Positions 29,873 through 40,092 are shown, counted from the first letter of the stretch. The stretch is DNA of 64,000 nucleotides from Cyanobacteria bacterium P01_A01_bin.123 (GCA_039815185.1 JBCBZT010000036.1:23916-87915); one strand, 5' to 3'. Numbers and translations: made by a program. Notes: generated from the letters alone by a model not told the origin.

Positions 29873-31627
29873 TTATTCCAGGCCGGGATCGCTATTTTTG
29901 GCAGGAATAAATCCAGCTTTGAACCCTCTGTTGGGATTGCGGAGTCGGACATCCAAATTGTTTGGCGAACAGGGAATCGGGGCATCCCAGCACTGTCCTC
30001 TTCTGTCATTGATGGGTTTCACATAGGCAATATCAAAGGACTGTTGGGGTTCTACTGCTGTCGTTGGCATCATGGGTGGGAGTAACCAGCGCTCTCGAAG
30101 ATTGGTACTCGTCAAATAAATTGCACCTAAAATTCCGAGCCCAAACCAAAAGATTTTGAGTCTACGGTTAGTTGGGAGTCGAGGGAAAGATGGCTGCAAT
30201 CGCCACTGAACTACTTTTTGAGCGCAAGGGATGCCTAAAATCGCGATCGCGATCGTGGGAATTAGGGTGAAATATCCCAAGCCAAAGCGAATCATAGGTG
30301 CCTGGAAAAGAATGAATACCATACCGATCAAGCCCAGGCAAAATAGCCAGGGGGTGCCAAGGATGCCCTGGCGTCGAGCGGCCTTGTAGGTAAACCCTGT
30401 GAGGGCAACCGATAGGATGAGTAGTAGCAACATAATGACATTCAAGCGGGCAAACTTGAGCCATTCCCAAAGTCGCCACAGCAGGGCGTTGGTTCCGGAT
30501 GGGGGAGATCCTAGGGCATGCTCCCAAAGCTGGACGACTTTAGCGGCCTCGCTGGCAGTGGTTTCAGAAACACGCCAGGGTAGGTCGATGCATAATGCTG
30601 AAGAGGGGTAGAGCGGACAGCCAGAATGGATAATCCCTGCAGCCGTAAAGGGGACTAAAAGCAAGATGGATAGCCCGCCACCGACAAGCAACCGCCGAAG
30701 GTTTTGAGGCTGTTGCCCCCAGTAAAATAACCCCGCAATGGGTAAAAGTGGCAGTGCTGATAACTTAATGGAGATGGCTCCAACAGCCAGTATTAAGGGG
30801 ATTAATGATGCATCCCAAAGGGGCTTGTGAAAAGGCACAGAATTAGCATTACCCTGTCTGGGTAGGGCAGGGTTAGCAACGGTCAAAATGCTCCAGGCGA
30901 CGGCAACTGTAAGAAAGATGACCGGGATATCGGGTGAAGACGATATTAATATGGCTGATAGAAATGTCGTGAGGGTGATTGCAGGCAAAATTAGAACGGA
31001 TGCAATCACGATAAATTTATCGGTGACTCTGGCACGTCCTGACATCCATCTGTGCAAGGCAATTAGCCCGTGCCCAGTTGCAACTAGTAGGATGAACCCG
31101 TTAGTCACGACACTGGTTTGAGAGGCGATCGCTGCGGGGTTAAACGGGGCTGCTAGGGCAAACCAAGTTGAGGTGAATCCAAAATTGCTCAATATTAATG
31201 CTAAACCAGGTACAGTCCCGAATTCTGAAAGCCACCGAATGGCGCCATAGTGATACAACCCGGTATCGAACCAATTGTTGCGTTGGCTGGTGTAGGCCGC
31301 GATCAAAATTCCCCATCCGATTAACCCGAATAGAACGGGGCGTGATATTGTCTGCCGAATTTTACGAAATTCTACCCGCATGGGTGGCCACATCAGCAGC
31401 AGTAGCAATGCTAAGGCAATGCCCAGACCTACCATCGGCGATAGGGGCAGCGCGATTGCAATCAACAGTAATCCTTGGGAGAGCAATACCGTGCCAAGCC
31501 ATAGCGCTACCATGACGCGATCGCCCACACGGTCAAAACAGTCTGCGTTTAACCCTTGGATCAACGCGGTGCCCACAATCCAAGCTAACGTAGCCAGTAT
31601 GCTCCATGCAGCAATGAAATAAAGCAT
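29873..31627 (-). CDS. polytopic membrane protein (LIC_10190-like, possible GT-C)
   Basis: FDTGLYH, VPGLA, SSSPD, SGCPLYP, C-terminal CWDAPIPC. Confidence 0.7.
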   Translation of the reverse strand: MLYFIAAWSILATLAWIVGTALIQGLNADCFDRVGDRVMVALWLGTVLLSQGLLLIAIALPLSPMVGLGIALALLLLLMWPPMRVEFRKIRQTISRPVLFGLIGWGILIAAYTSQRNNWFDTGLYHYGAIRWLSEFGTVPGLALILSNFGFTSTWFALAAPFNPAAIASQTSVVTNGFILLVATGHGLIALHRWMSGRARVTDKFIVIASVLILPAITLTTFLSAILISSSPDIPVIFLTVAVAWSILTVANPALPRQGNANSVPFHKPLWDASLIPLILAVGAISIKLSALPLLPIAGLFYWGQQPQNLRRLLVGGGLSILLLVPFTAAGIIHSGCPLYPSSALCIDLPWRVSETTASEAAKVVQLWEHALGSPPSGTNALLWRLWEWLKFARLNVIMLLLLILSVALTGFTYKAARRQGILGTPWLFCLGLIGMVFILFQAPMIRFGLGYFTLIPTIAIAILGIPCAQKVVQWRLQPSFPRLPTNRRLKIFWFGLGILGAIYLTSTNLRERWLLPPMMPTTAVEPQQSFDIAYVKPINDRRGQCWDAPIPCSPNNLDVRLRNPNRGFKAGFIPAKNSDPGLE

Positions 31628-31883
31628 CGCCGGTTTTCCTCTTTTCCAAACGTTGTGTTTGTCGCAGGATGTAACTCCATCCACTGACTTGAAGCTACTC
31701 TGTTGGAGTCGTCAAGGACTTAGCACAGCCCCACGGAGGAATCACTCCCTCTAACTTAGTCCTAAAGTTGGGACTATTGGGACTATATTGTTTTGGCCAG
31801 GGCAGCCTCATTATATTTTGATGCAGCATCAACGCGGAAGTAGACATTGCAGGGCTTTAATGCCAGGGTTTCAATGGCTTTGA

Positions 31884-31931
31884 TCTGACAACCCTGCCCC
31901 CAGATCAAATCTGGGGGGCAGGGTTGTCAGA
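31884..31931. repeat. long hairpin downstream of eno
   Basis: TCTGACAACCCTGCCCCCAGAT-CAA-ATCTGGGGGGCAGGGTTGTCAGA, a 22-bp stem with one bulge. Confidence 0.8.
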
Positions 31932-32061
31932 AGAATTTCTAGCGTGGGGACTTTACGGTTGGGGTAGGGATGGGAGTCTTCTCACCCCTACCAACCTGTG
32001 CCAAGAATTCCTTTGTTTGCTTGAAACGACACAGTTACAGCGGGAGCGGCGGCGTTAACCC

Positions 32062-33402
<1,341 letters not shown>

Positions 33403-33476
33403 TTACCACCCCTAACTTACCGATCGCTTTGCCCAGTTCCTTAGAACCGCAGACAATTTAAATCTTTCCGGGGAAA

Positions 33477-33580
33477 TATGGCGCTGGCCAGATTGCTTAA
33501 TGCACCGGGTAGCACTGGGATACTCAGCACACAGGCAATCTGGGTCGCTGTAACCACAAAGCTTTGTGGTTACAGCGATA
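33477..33580 (-). repeat. ~105 bp structured dispersed repeat, copy 1 (inverted relative to the others)
   Basis: GGCCAGATTGCTTAATGCACC...GCAATCTGG and the palindrome GTAACCACAAAGCTTTGTGGTTAC. Confidence 0.85.
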
Positions 33581-33646
33581 TCCCAACACGCGCTTTTAAG
33601 ATTTTGCTCCACAATAGAAGAGTTGCTCCCCAATGAACACAAGCTT

Positions 33647-34084
33647 ATGCGACTACTGCACACCATGCTGCGGGTGAAAAACCTAGAAGAGTCTTTGCAG
33701 TTTTACTGCGATGTCTTGGGTATGAAACTCCTGCGCCAAAAGGACTACCCCGGTGGCGAGTTTACCCTGGCCTTTGTGGGTTATGGCGACGAAGCCGACC
33801 ATAGCGTGCTAGAGCTGACCTACAACTGGGGCAAAGACGAGTACGACCTAGGGGACGCCTATGGCCACATTGCCCTCGGGGTTGATGACATCTACGGTAC
33901 CTGTGCTCAAATTCGCCTGAAGGGCGGCAAAGTGGTGCGAGAACCCGGCCCGATGAAGCACGGCTCGACGGTGATTGCCTTTGTAGAAGATCCCAATGGG
34001 TACAAGGTGGAGTTGATCCAACTCAGCACCCGAGGCTCGGCTCAGGCTCAATCTTCCAGTCAATCTGAACCCGTGGCGGGATAA
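33647..34084 (+). CDS. gloA: lactoylglutathione lyase (glyoxalase I)
   Basis: [40 protein letters not shown]. Confidence 0.96.
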   Translation: MRLLHTMLRVKNLEESLQFYCDVLGMKLLRQKDYPGGEFTLAFVGYGDEADHSVLELTYNWGKDEYDLGDAYGHIALGVDDIYGTCAQIRLKGGKVVREPGPMKHGSTVIAFVEDPNGYKVELIQLSTRGSAQAQSSSQSEPVAG

Positions 34085-34094
34085 CGGAGGAACT

Positions 34095-34859
34095 ATGCAT
34101 CTCATCTTGCCCAAACCCTACCGTAGCGGTCTCACTGCGCTTGCCAGCCTCGTCTTGATAGTCAGCCTAGGCTGTTCGCCCACCCCCCCTGAACCCGATC
34201 AACCCACTGACCCTGAGCCCCAGGCCGCAGTACCCGACGAAGCGGCTCAAGTTGATGCTCAAGCTGAGTGGGATGCTCAACAGCAACACATTGCCTCAGT
34301 GATTGAGACGAAGGATCGGGCTGAGCTGATTGGGAATTCACCGACCAAGGGCTCGCCGGATGCTGAGATCGTGCTGTTTAAATTTTCTGATTTTGAATGC
34401 CCTTACTGCGCGATCGCCTCGGGAGACATGAAAACCTTCATGGACGGTCGCGAAGATGTGCTTTACGTGTATAAGCACTTCCCGCTGAATCGCATTCACC
34501 CAGAGGCGACCCCTGCAGCTAGGGCAGCTTGGGCGGCTCAGCAGCAAGACCAGTTTTGGCTTTATCATGACGGGTTGTTTGCTTACCAAGCGCGTTTGGG
34601 CGAAGACCTATACATAGAACTTGCCGAAGAAATTGGGTTGGATGTTGAGCAATTCAATCGCGATCGCAATAGTGAAGCTGCTGCTGCCGCTGTCGAAAGC
34701 GACCTAAAGTTAGCGGAAGAACTGGAACTCAGGGGGACTCCGGCGTTCTTGATCAACGATTTGCTGGTTCCCGGTGGTGCGCCGCTAGAGTTCTTTGAAG
34801 AGGCCGTGATCAGAATTCAAGAACATAACGAAGCGCAGTCCAGTCAGGCGGATAGCTAG
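34095..34859 (+). CDS. DsbA-family thioredoxin-fold lipoprotein
   Basis: FSDFECPYC, YKHFPL, GTPAF; lipobox-like SLGC. Confidence 0.9.
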   Translation: MHLILPKPYRSGLTALASLVLIVSLGCSPTPPEPDQPTDPEPQAAVPDEAAQVDAQAEWDAQQQHIASVIETKDRAELIGNSPTKGSPDAEIVLFKFSDFECPYCAIASGDMKTFMDGREDVLYVYKHFPLNRIHPEATPAARAAWAAQQQDQFWLYHDGLFAYQARLGEDLYIELAEEIGLDVEQFNRDRNSEAAAAAVESDLKLAEELELRGTPAFLINDLLVPGGAPLEFFEEAVIRIQEHNEAQSSQADS

Positions 34860-35236
34860 GTTGTGTGGCAAGAGGGTATTGCCTGCCGAATCGACGGCTC
34901 GATACAGGTACCTGTTGCTCTTTTTAATTTTGATGTAGGTTTCATCCACTCGCCCGAATCATTGCTGGATCTGGCTTGCCGTAGCGCACAAAGCTTTGTG
35001 GCTACGGCAAGCCAGATTGCTTGGGTGTTGGGCATCCCAGGGATACTAGGTGCATTAAGCAATCTGGCCAGTGCTATAGATACCGACGGTAACGCTGATC
35101 CAGTAACGGGCTACAAGCCTGCACCCAGCGATAGATTGTCGTGTGGCCAAACTCAATCCCGCACTCGACCATCATCGCTTCTAAATCTCAGTAGCTCAAG
35201 CCATAACCATCTACACTCTGTTTTTGCAACAGAGCC
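34859..35236. mobile_element. IS6-family remnant
   Basis: Ends GGTTGTGTGGCAA and TTGCAACAGAGCC (IS6-type inverted repeats). Minus strand ~34872-34952 encodes RVDETYIKIKKSNRYLYRAVDSAGNTL. Confidence 0.75.
34969..35078 (+). repeat. ~105 bp structured dispersed repeat, copy 2, inside the IS6 remnant
   Basis: GTAGCGCACAAAGCTTTGTGGCTAC...GCCAGATTGC...GGTGCATTAAGCAATCTGGCCAGTGCTATA. Confidence 0.85.
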
Positions 35237-35470
35237 CTTTTGAAGACCTCAGACGCGAATGGCAGAATCGTATGCCTTCATGATCGCAGAGAGCGATTTA
35301 TGAAGACCGTTGAGGAACTGGAAGCCTGATTCCAGTCTGCTTAAACAGAAATAGGGAGAGGGGCGATCGCGAATGACGAGCAAGTGAAATTTGACTACTC
35401 AATTCTGACAAATTCCGCTCTGCTGGTCCATCACGTGATATTCCTACACTAGAGTGCCTTGAGAGTGAAC

Positions 35471-36919
35471 ATGATAATAGACCATGAACCCCTTACCCTT
35501 GTTTGGATTGTCCTGCCCTTGTTTGTGGGGTTCAGCATTTATCTTTTGCCCAAATTGGATCGCGTTCTGGCAGTCACCATTTCCTTGATTTCGTTGGGCT
35601 ACGGGTTATGGTATGTACTCAATCCGGCACCTATAACTTTACAACTATTAGATAGCTATGGCGTCAGCTTGCTCATCGACGGCCTGAGCGGTTTCTTTAT
35701 TTTGACCAATGCCATCGTAACCCTGGCGGTCATTCTTTACTGTTGGCAGAGTGGAAAAGAAGCTTTCTTCTACACCCAAGCCATCATTTTGCATGGCAGC
35801 GTTAATGCAGTATTTGTTAGTGCAGATTTGATCAGCGTCTATGTTGCTCTAGAAGTCATCAGTATTGCCGCATTTTTGCTAATCGCCTACCCTCGCACTG
35901 ACCGTTCCATTTGGGTAGGGCTGCGTTATTTATTTGTGAGTAATACAGCCATGCTGTTTTACCTGATGGGGGCAGTGTTGGTCTATCAAGCCAGCAATTC
36001 GTTTGCCTTTACGGGAATATCACAGGCTCCAGCAGAGGCTATTGCATTCATTTTTGTCGGCCTTTTGGCCAAAGGCGGGATCTTTGTTTCAGGGCTATGG
36101 CTGCCCCTGACCCATTCTGAATCGGAAACACCGATATCCGCTTTACTGTCAGGCGTTGTTGTCAAAGCAGGTGTCTTTCCGCTCGTCCGGTTTGCACTCA
36201 TGGTGCCTGAGATTGACTCTATCGTTCGCATCTTTGGTGTGGCAACCGCGCTTTTAGGTGTCAGCTACGCCGTATTTTCTAAAGATGCCAAGCGCATACT
36301 CGCATTTCACACGGTTTCTCAGCTCGGGTTTATCTTGGCGGCACCGGCTGTAGGCGGCTTTTATGCGCTCACCCACGGCCTGGTGAAATCGGCCCTTTTT
36401 CTGATTGTCGGCAACTTACCGAGTCGCAACATCAAAGTGCTGAAAGAAAATCCCATACCCATCTCTCTTTGGATCACGCTGGCGATCGCGAGTTTTTCGA
36501 TCTCGGGCTTTCCACTCCTGGCGGGATTTGGCGCTAAAGTACTCACCTCAAAGAATCTAGTCCCCTGGCAAGTGATCGGCATGAATATCGCCGCATTAGG
36601 AACAGCCATCTCATTTGCTAAGTTTATTTTTCTGCCCCATACTCTAGAGCGCTCTGCATATACTGTGAAAAAGGGCTTTTGGCCAGCTGTGGTGCTGTTA
36701 CTGAGCGGATTGGTTCTGGCGAATGGCTTTTACTATGAAGCCTATAGCTTGCAAAACAGTGTTAAACCGCTCATTACTATTGCAGCCGGTTGGCTGGCGT
36801 ATTTACTGATCTTCCAAAAGTTATCGATTAAATTACCACGTGCGGCTGAGCAGTTTGACCATTTGATCGGTGCCATGAGCCTAATGTTAACTTTCCTTTT
36901 TTGGATGGTGCTTGCATAG
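35471..36919 (+). CDS. mrpD: Mrp-type Na+/H+ antiporter subunit D (orphan)
   Basis: DLISVYVALE, WLPLTHSESETP, SGVVVKAG, KRILAFHTVSQLG, THGLVKSALF. Confidence 0.85.
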   Translation: MIIDHEPLTLVWIVLPLFVGFSIYLLPKLDRVLAVTISLISLGYGLWYVLNPAPITLQLLDSYGVSLLIDGLSGFFILTNAIVTLAVILYCWQSGKEAFFYTQAIILHGSVNAVFVSADLISVYVALEVISIAAFLLIAYPRTDRSIWVGLRYLFVSNTAMLFYLMGAVLVYQASNSFAFTGISQAPAEAIAFIFVGLLAKGGIFVSGLWLPLTHSESETPISALLSGVVVKAGVFPLVRFALMVPEIDSIVRIFGVATALLGVSYAVFSKDAKRILAFHTVSQLGFILAAPAVGGFYALTHGLVKSALFLIVGNLPSRNIKVLKENPIPISLWITLAIASFSISGFPLLAGFGAKVLTSKNLVPWQVIGMNIAALGTAISFAKFIFLPHTLERSAYTVKKGFWPAVVLLLSGLVLANGFYYEAYSLQNSVKPLITIAAGWLAYLLIFQKLSIKLPRAAEQFDHLIGAMSLMLTFLFWMVLA

Positions 36920-36957
36920 ATTGGCTATCGAGACTTGCTGTTGCGGTTGGCGATCGC
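36920..36957 (+). pseudogene. N-terminal stub of mrpE
   Basis: IGYRDLLLRLAI directly after mrpD resembles cyanobacterial MrpE starts. Start codon damaged (GCATAGATT); ends at HIP1 36950-36957. Confidence 0.5.
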
Positions 36958-36958
36958 A

Positions 36959-37034
36959 CTGGTTCCCGGTGGTGCGCCGCTAGAGTTCTTCAAAGAAACC
37001 ATTGTTCGTATCAAAGCCTATAAGAAGCGCAGTC
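36959..37034 (+). repeat. degenerate second copy of the dsbA-like gene 3' end
   Basis: 36959-36990 is identical over 32 nt to 34764-34795. It continues as diverged KETIVRIKAY...EAQS versus EEAVIRIQEHNEAQS. Confidence 0.85.
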
Positions 37035-37075
37035 TGAATAACGGACGTTTAGTGCGATTGTTCGCTTTGTAGGAT

Positions 37076-37175
37076 GCATTGCGACAAATCAATCCGTTAA
37101 CTAGGAATACGCGTTTTGGGTTGGTATTGCAATTATATTCACCACAATCTGGTGCGGCATGGGTTGTGCAAAGGT
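37076..37175 (+). pseudogene. RAYT transposase relic, copy 2
   Basis: Translates SIR*LGIRVLGWYCNYIHHNLVRHGLCK. Homologous to 12663-12765. Confidence 0.55.
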
Positions 37176-37321
37176 TTAAGGACATGGTCATATATCAGCT
37201 TTCAGTGATTTATTAGCGATGGTGTCTATCTGCCAGATTAGGAGTAAGGGTAGAACCGAAAAAGCCTGCGGGGTTTTGGGATATTTGACTTGATGCATCG
37301 CGACACGTTCTACGCGATGAA

Positions 37322-37364
37322 GCGATCGCGCTTGATCCAGTAATTTTCGGGGTTGAGGGTTCAT
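37322..37364 (-). pseudogene. N-terminal stub of an integron integrase (IntI)
   Basis: MNPQPRKLLDQAR matches the IntI start pattern P(K/R)KLLDQVR. Divergent from the cassette gene; breaks at HIP1 37322-37329. Confidence 0.6.
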
Positions 37365-37473
37365 AGGTGGTAGATGCAGCACATGATCCTAACTTTGACA
37401 TGCATAAATTGAGACCTACGGATAAACCTGGGTGACTATACTGTGACACCTTCAATATATCTACTCAATGTCG

Positions 37474-37491
37474 ATCCGATAAGAGTTAAAC
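37474..37491 (+). other. candidate attI core site
   Basis: ATCCGATAAGA-GTTAAAC (GTTRRRY at 37485-37491), between the IntI stub and the RT gene. Confidence 0.35.
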
Positions 37492-37605
37492 CTCTTGGCC
37501 TGAGCGTTATTGGCAACTCCTGCACATCAAATTCGTTAGCATACGTGCAACATTCAATACAAGAGGCTATGATCGTGGGCAATTTTGAAGGCTTCCTCAC
37601 AGAAC

Positions 37606-39996
37606 ATGTTAACCAGGAATGAGCTTTGGGATAAATTCGCAAATTATGAAAATTTTCTATTGGCTTGGCAAAGAACCGTAAATGTCACCAGCCGAATGGT
37701 TCATGAAAAGCTAGGAATGGAAATATTTGCATATAATCTCCAATCTAATCTTGAAGATTTGGTGCAGCAGGTCAAATCAGAAGATTTCCCTTACTCGCCT
37801 CTTGCTGATCACAAAGTTTACCTCCCAAAGCCATCGACTACTCTACGCACTATGTCATTGATGGCTGTTCCAGATGTAATTGTGTATCAAGCACTAGTTA
37901 ATGTGATTGCTGATCACTCTCATTTTCACCTTGTAAGTCATGAAAATGAACACGTTTTAGGAAACCTTTATGCAGGAACCGGAAGGCGTTGGATGCTACA
38001 GCCATGGAAGCGCCAATATTCCAGGTTTGTAAAGCGCGTTGAGAAGTTATACGGCATTGGGAATTCTTGGATTGCCTCAACAGATATAGTGGCTTTTTAT
38101 GACACTATTGATCATGAGAGACTATTGAGTCTAATTCGACAATATTGTGGCAAAGAAGATAAGTTTGAGAGCCTTTTTCGCCAATGTTTGTCCAAGTGGT
38201 CAGCACATAATGCAACTTCTACTATGGGTCGAGGTATCCCACAAGGTAGCAATGCATCTGACTTCCTTGCCAATCTATATTTACATGGAATAGATTGTAA
38301 GCTTATCTCTAGCGGATACCATTACATTCGATATGTTGATGATGTCAGAATTCTTGGGCCAGATAAATCAACTGTTCAGCGTGGTCTTATATTATTTGAT
38401 CTTGAACTAAAGTGTGCTGGATTGGTAGCCCAAGTTTCAAAAACAAGCGTTCATGAAATTGAAGATATAGAGAAAGAAGTTTCGCGGCTCAGATTTATAA
38501 TCACCGATCCAACTGGTACAGGTGAATATATTCTTCTTGAGACGCCTTCTCTACCTACTAGTGAGCAGGCTGGATCAGTCGAAAGCTTGGTAGAAAACAC
38601 ACCAAGTGAGCAAACAGAGTTTGAACAAAACGAATCGTGTAAAGATTGCCCTGATGAAGAGGAGGAAGGCTATGTTCCAGATCAAAATATTGATATACAT
38701 GAATACAAATCTAAAAAACTTCAGGAACAATTACGCAATAAATTCTTAGAGGCATTTAACTTATTAAACGATCTCGCCCGAGCTAAAGAAGCTGAGTCTC
38801 ACATAACCTTTTGTTTATATCGACTTGAACCTCATATCACACTACGCAGCCAAGCAATTACCTTACTATCTAGGTTGCCTTGGCGATCTGAAGCGATATC
38901 AGCTTTCTTAGGGCGATTTAAGAGTGATTCTTTTGTCATAGAGGAGTTAAGAAAATTTATATCTGAGCATACAGTTTATTCTTGGCATCGTGCCAATACT
39001 CTTTGGACGCTATACAAAACAAGTGCAGCTAAGGATGTCGCACCTCAATGCAGGGAATGGTTGGCTAATGATCAACTTGATTGGTATGCAAGAACAATTG
39101 CAGCAAGAATATTAGCAGAAGTTCCGAGTCAACACTCCTACCTAGTTGAATGCTTAAAAAAAGAGCAGAACAACACAAATGAAGATGGTGAGGCAACTTC
39201 TGTACTCCGTCAGGAATTAGCTTACAGTGCTTTTCGAAGAATAAAATCGTTTAAGAAACAATTAGCATTACTACAACTTATTTGTTCAGATAAAAGCCCT
39301 ATACTTCATCGACTAGCCATTTATATTCTTCAACAGCCTAAGTGCAAAGTAAAGTGGAACGATCTCAAATCTTATCATAATAACTTAAGTATACTATCAG
39401 GTTTGATTGAGAAATTAGGCATATCAGATGATGTATCAAAGCCTTGCTTTATAGCTGAGACTATAACAAGAACATATCAAATTTATTTGCCTAAGACTGA
39501 TCTTCGATTTCTCTATTCAAATCACTATGATAAGGCCATTGAAACTCTACGAGAATCCGTAATCTCTTTCCAAAAATCTCCTAGTTTATATGTGAGAAGC
39601 TTTCACCAATTTACACACACAACACTAATTGCATTTTATGAATATGCCCTTCCTTCAGAAGGAGGGATACGGACTTCGTATTACCACGATCTTATTCACA
39701 GAAAAGTATTTAAGGAAAAATGCCCGATTAGTGTGAGTACGTGGGAGAGGCTAAATGAGATGAGAAACCTTGTTGATCACCCGATAGACAAGAAAACTCA
39801 ATCTCATTCCAAAAAAATTACCGTCCAAGAAATTGAGTTTTTGCATAAACAAATTAAGGTGGCTCTTCAAGAACTCTTTGATTTTTGGTTGAGTATAAAG
39901 GTGCCGAAAAGCGATACAGCGACTTCAGATGCTATATTGACATCAGTTGAAGTCAGTACTGAAATAATTGAAGCTACCGTAACTACTGTATCCTAG
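37606..39996 (+). CDS. UG/Abi-type reverse transcriptase with helical-repeat region and C-terminal HEPN-like motif
   Basis: LPKP..TLR, TDIVAFYDTIDH, GIPQGSNASDFLANLYL, YIRYVDD (38332-38343). Acidic linker, helical middle region, RNLVDH (39763-39780). AT-rich; no HIP1 site seen. Confidence 0.9.
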   Translation: MLTRNELWDKFANYENFLLAWQRTVNVTSRMVHEKLGMEIFAYNLQSNLEDLVQQVKSEDFPYSPLADHKVYLPKPSTTLRTMSLMAVPDVIVYQALVNVIADHSHFHLVSHENEHVLGNLYAGTGRRWMLQPWKRQYSRFVKRVEKLYGIGNSWIASTDIVAFYDTIDHERLLSLIRQYCGKEDKFESLFRQCLSKWSAHNATSTMGRGIPQGSNASDFLANLYLHGIDCKLISSGYHYIRYVDDVRILGPDKSTVQRGLILFDLELKCAGLVAQVSKTSVHEIEDIEKEVSRLRFIITDPTGTGEYILLETPSLPTSEQAGSVESLVENTPSEQTEFEQNESCKDCPDEEEEGYVPDQNIDIHEYKSKKLQEQLRNKFLEAFNLLNDLARAKEAESHITFCLYRLEPHITLRSQAITLLSRLPWRSEAISAFLGRFKSDSFVIEELRKFISEHTVYSWHRANTLWTLYKTSAAKDVAPQCREWLANDQLDWYARTIAARILAEVPSQHSYLVECLKKEQNNTNEDGEATSVLRQELAYSAFRRIKSFKKQLALLQLICSDKSPILHRLAIYILQQPKCKVKWNDLKSYHNNLSILSGLIEKLGISDDVSKPCFIAETITRTYQIYLPKTDLRFLYSNHYDKAIETLRESVISFQKSPSLYVRSFHQFTHTTLIAFYEYALPSEGGIRTSYYHDLIHRKVFKEKCPISVSTWERLNEMRNLVDHPIDKKTQSHSKKITVQEIEFLHKQIKVALQELFDFWLSIKVPKSDTATSDAILTSVEVSTEIIEATVTTVS

Positions 39997-40006
39997 TCAT
40001 GATGAA

Positions 40007-40092
40007 GTCTAATAATTCGCTTGGAGCACATTAACAGAAGCTCCTAGTGTATTGCGGTGGCTGTCTACAGCTGCTCGAGCAAATCGTTAGGT
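40007..40092 (+). mobile_element. integron attC-like site closing the RT cassette
   Basis: GTCTAAT-AATTCGCTTGGAGC ... GCTCGAGCAAATC-GTTAGGT; an imperfect inverted repeat with one extra base in the left arm. 86 bp, starting 10 nt after the RT stop. Confidence 0.72.

Noticed and set aside
34863..35243. 126 aa ORF after the dsbA-like gene
   Set aside because: It is a read-through of IS6 debris and the dispersed repeat, not a coherent gene.
37150..37200. Minus-strand LIYDHVLK resembling the IntI C-terminal MIYTHVLN
   Set aside because: Too short, and it abuts the plus-strand RAYT relic; could be chance.
37606..39996. RT as a retron, group II intron, DGR or CRISPR-associated RT
   Set aside because: I saw no NAxxH/VTG retron motifs, no intron domain V/VI after the stop, no TR/VR repeat pair or avd gene, and no cas genes.
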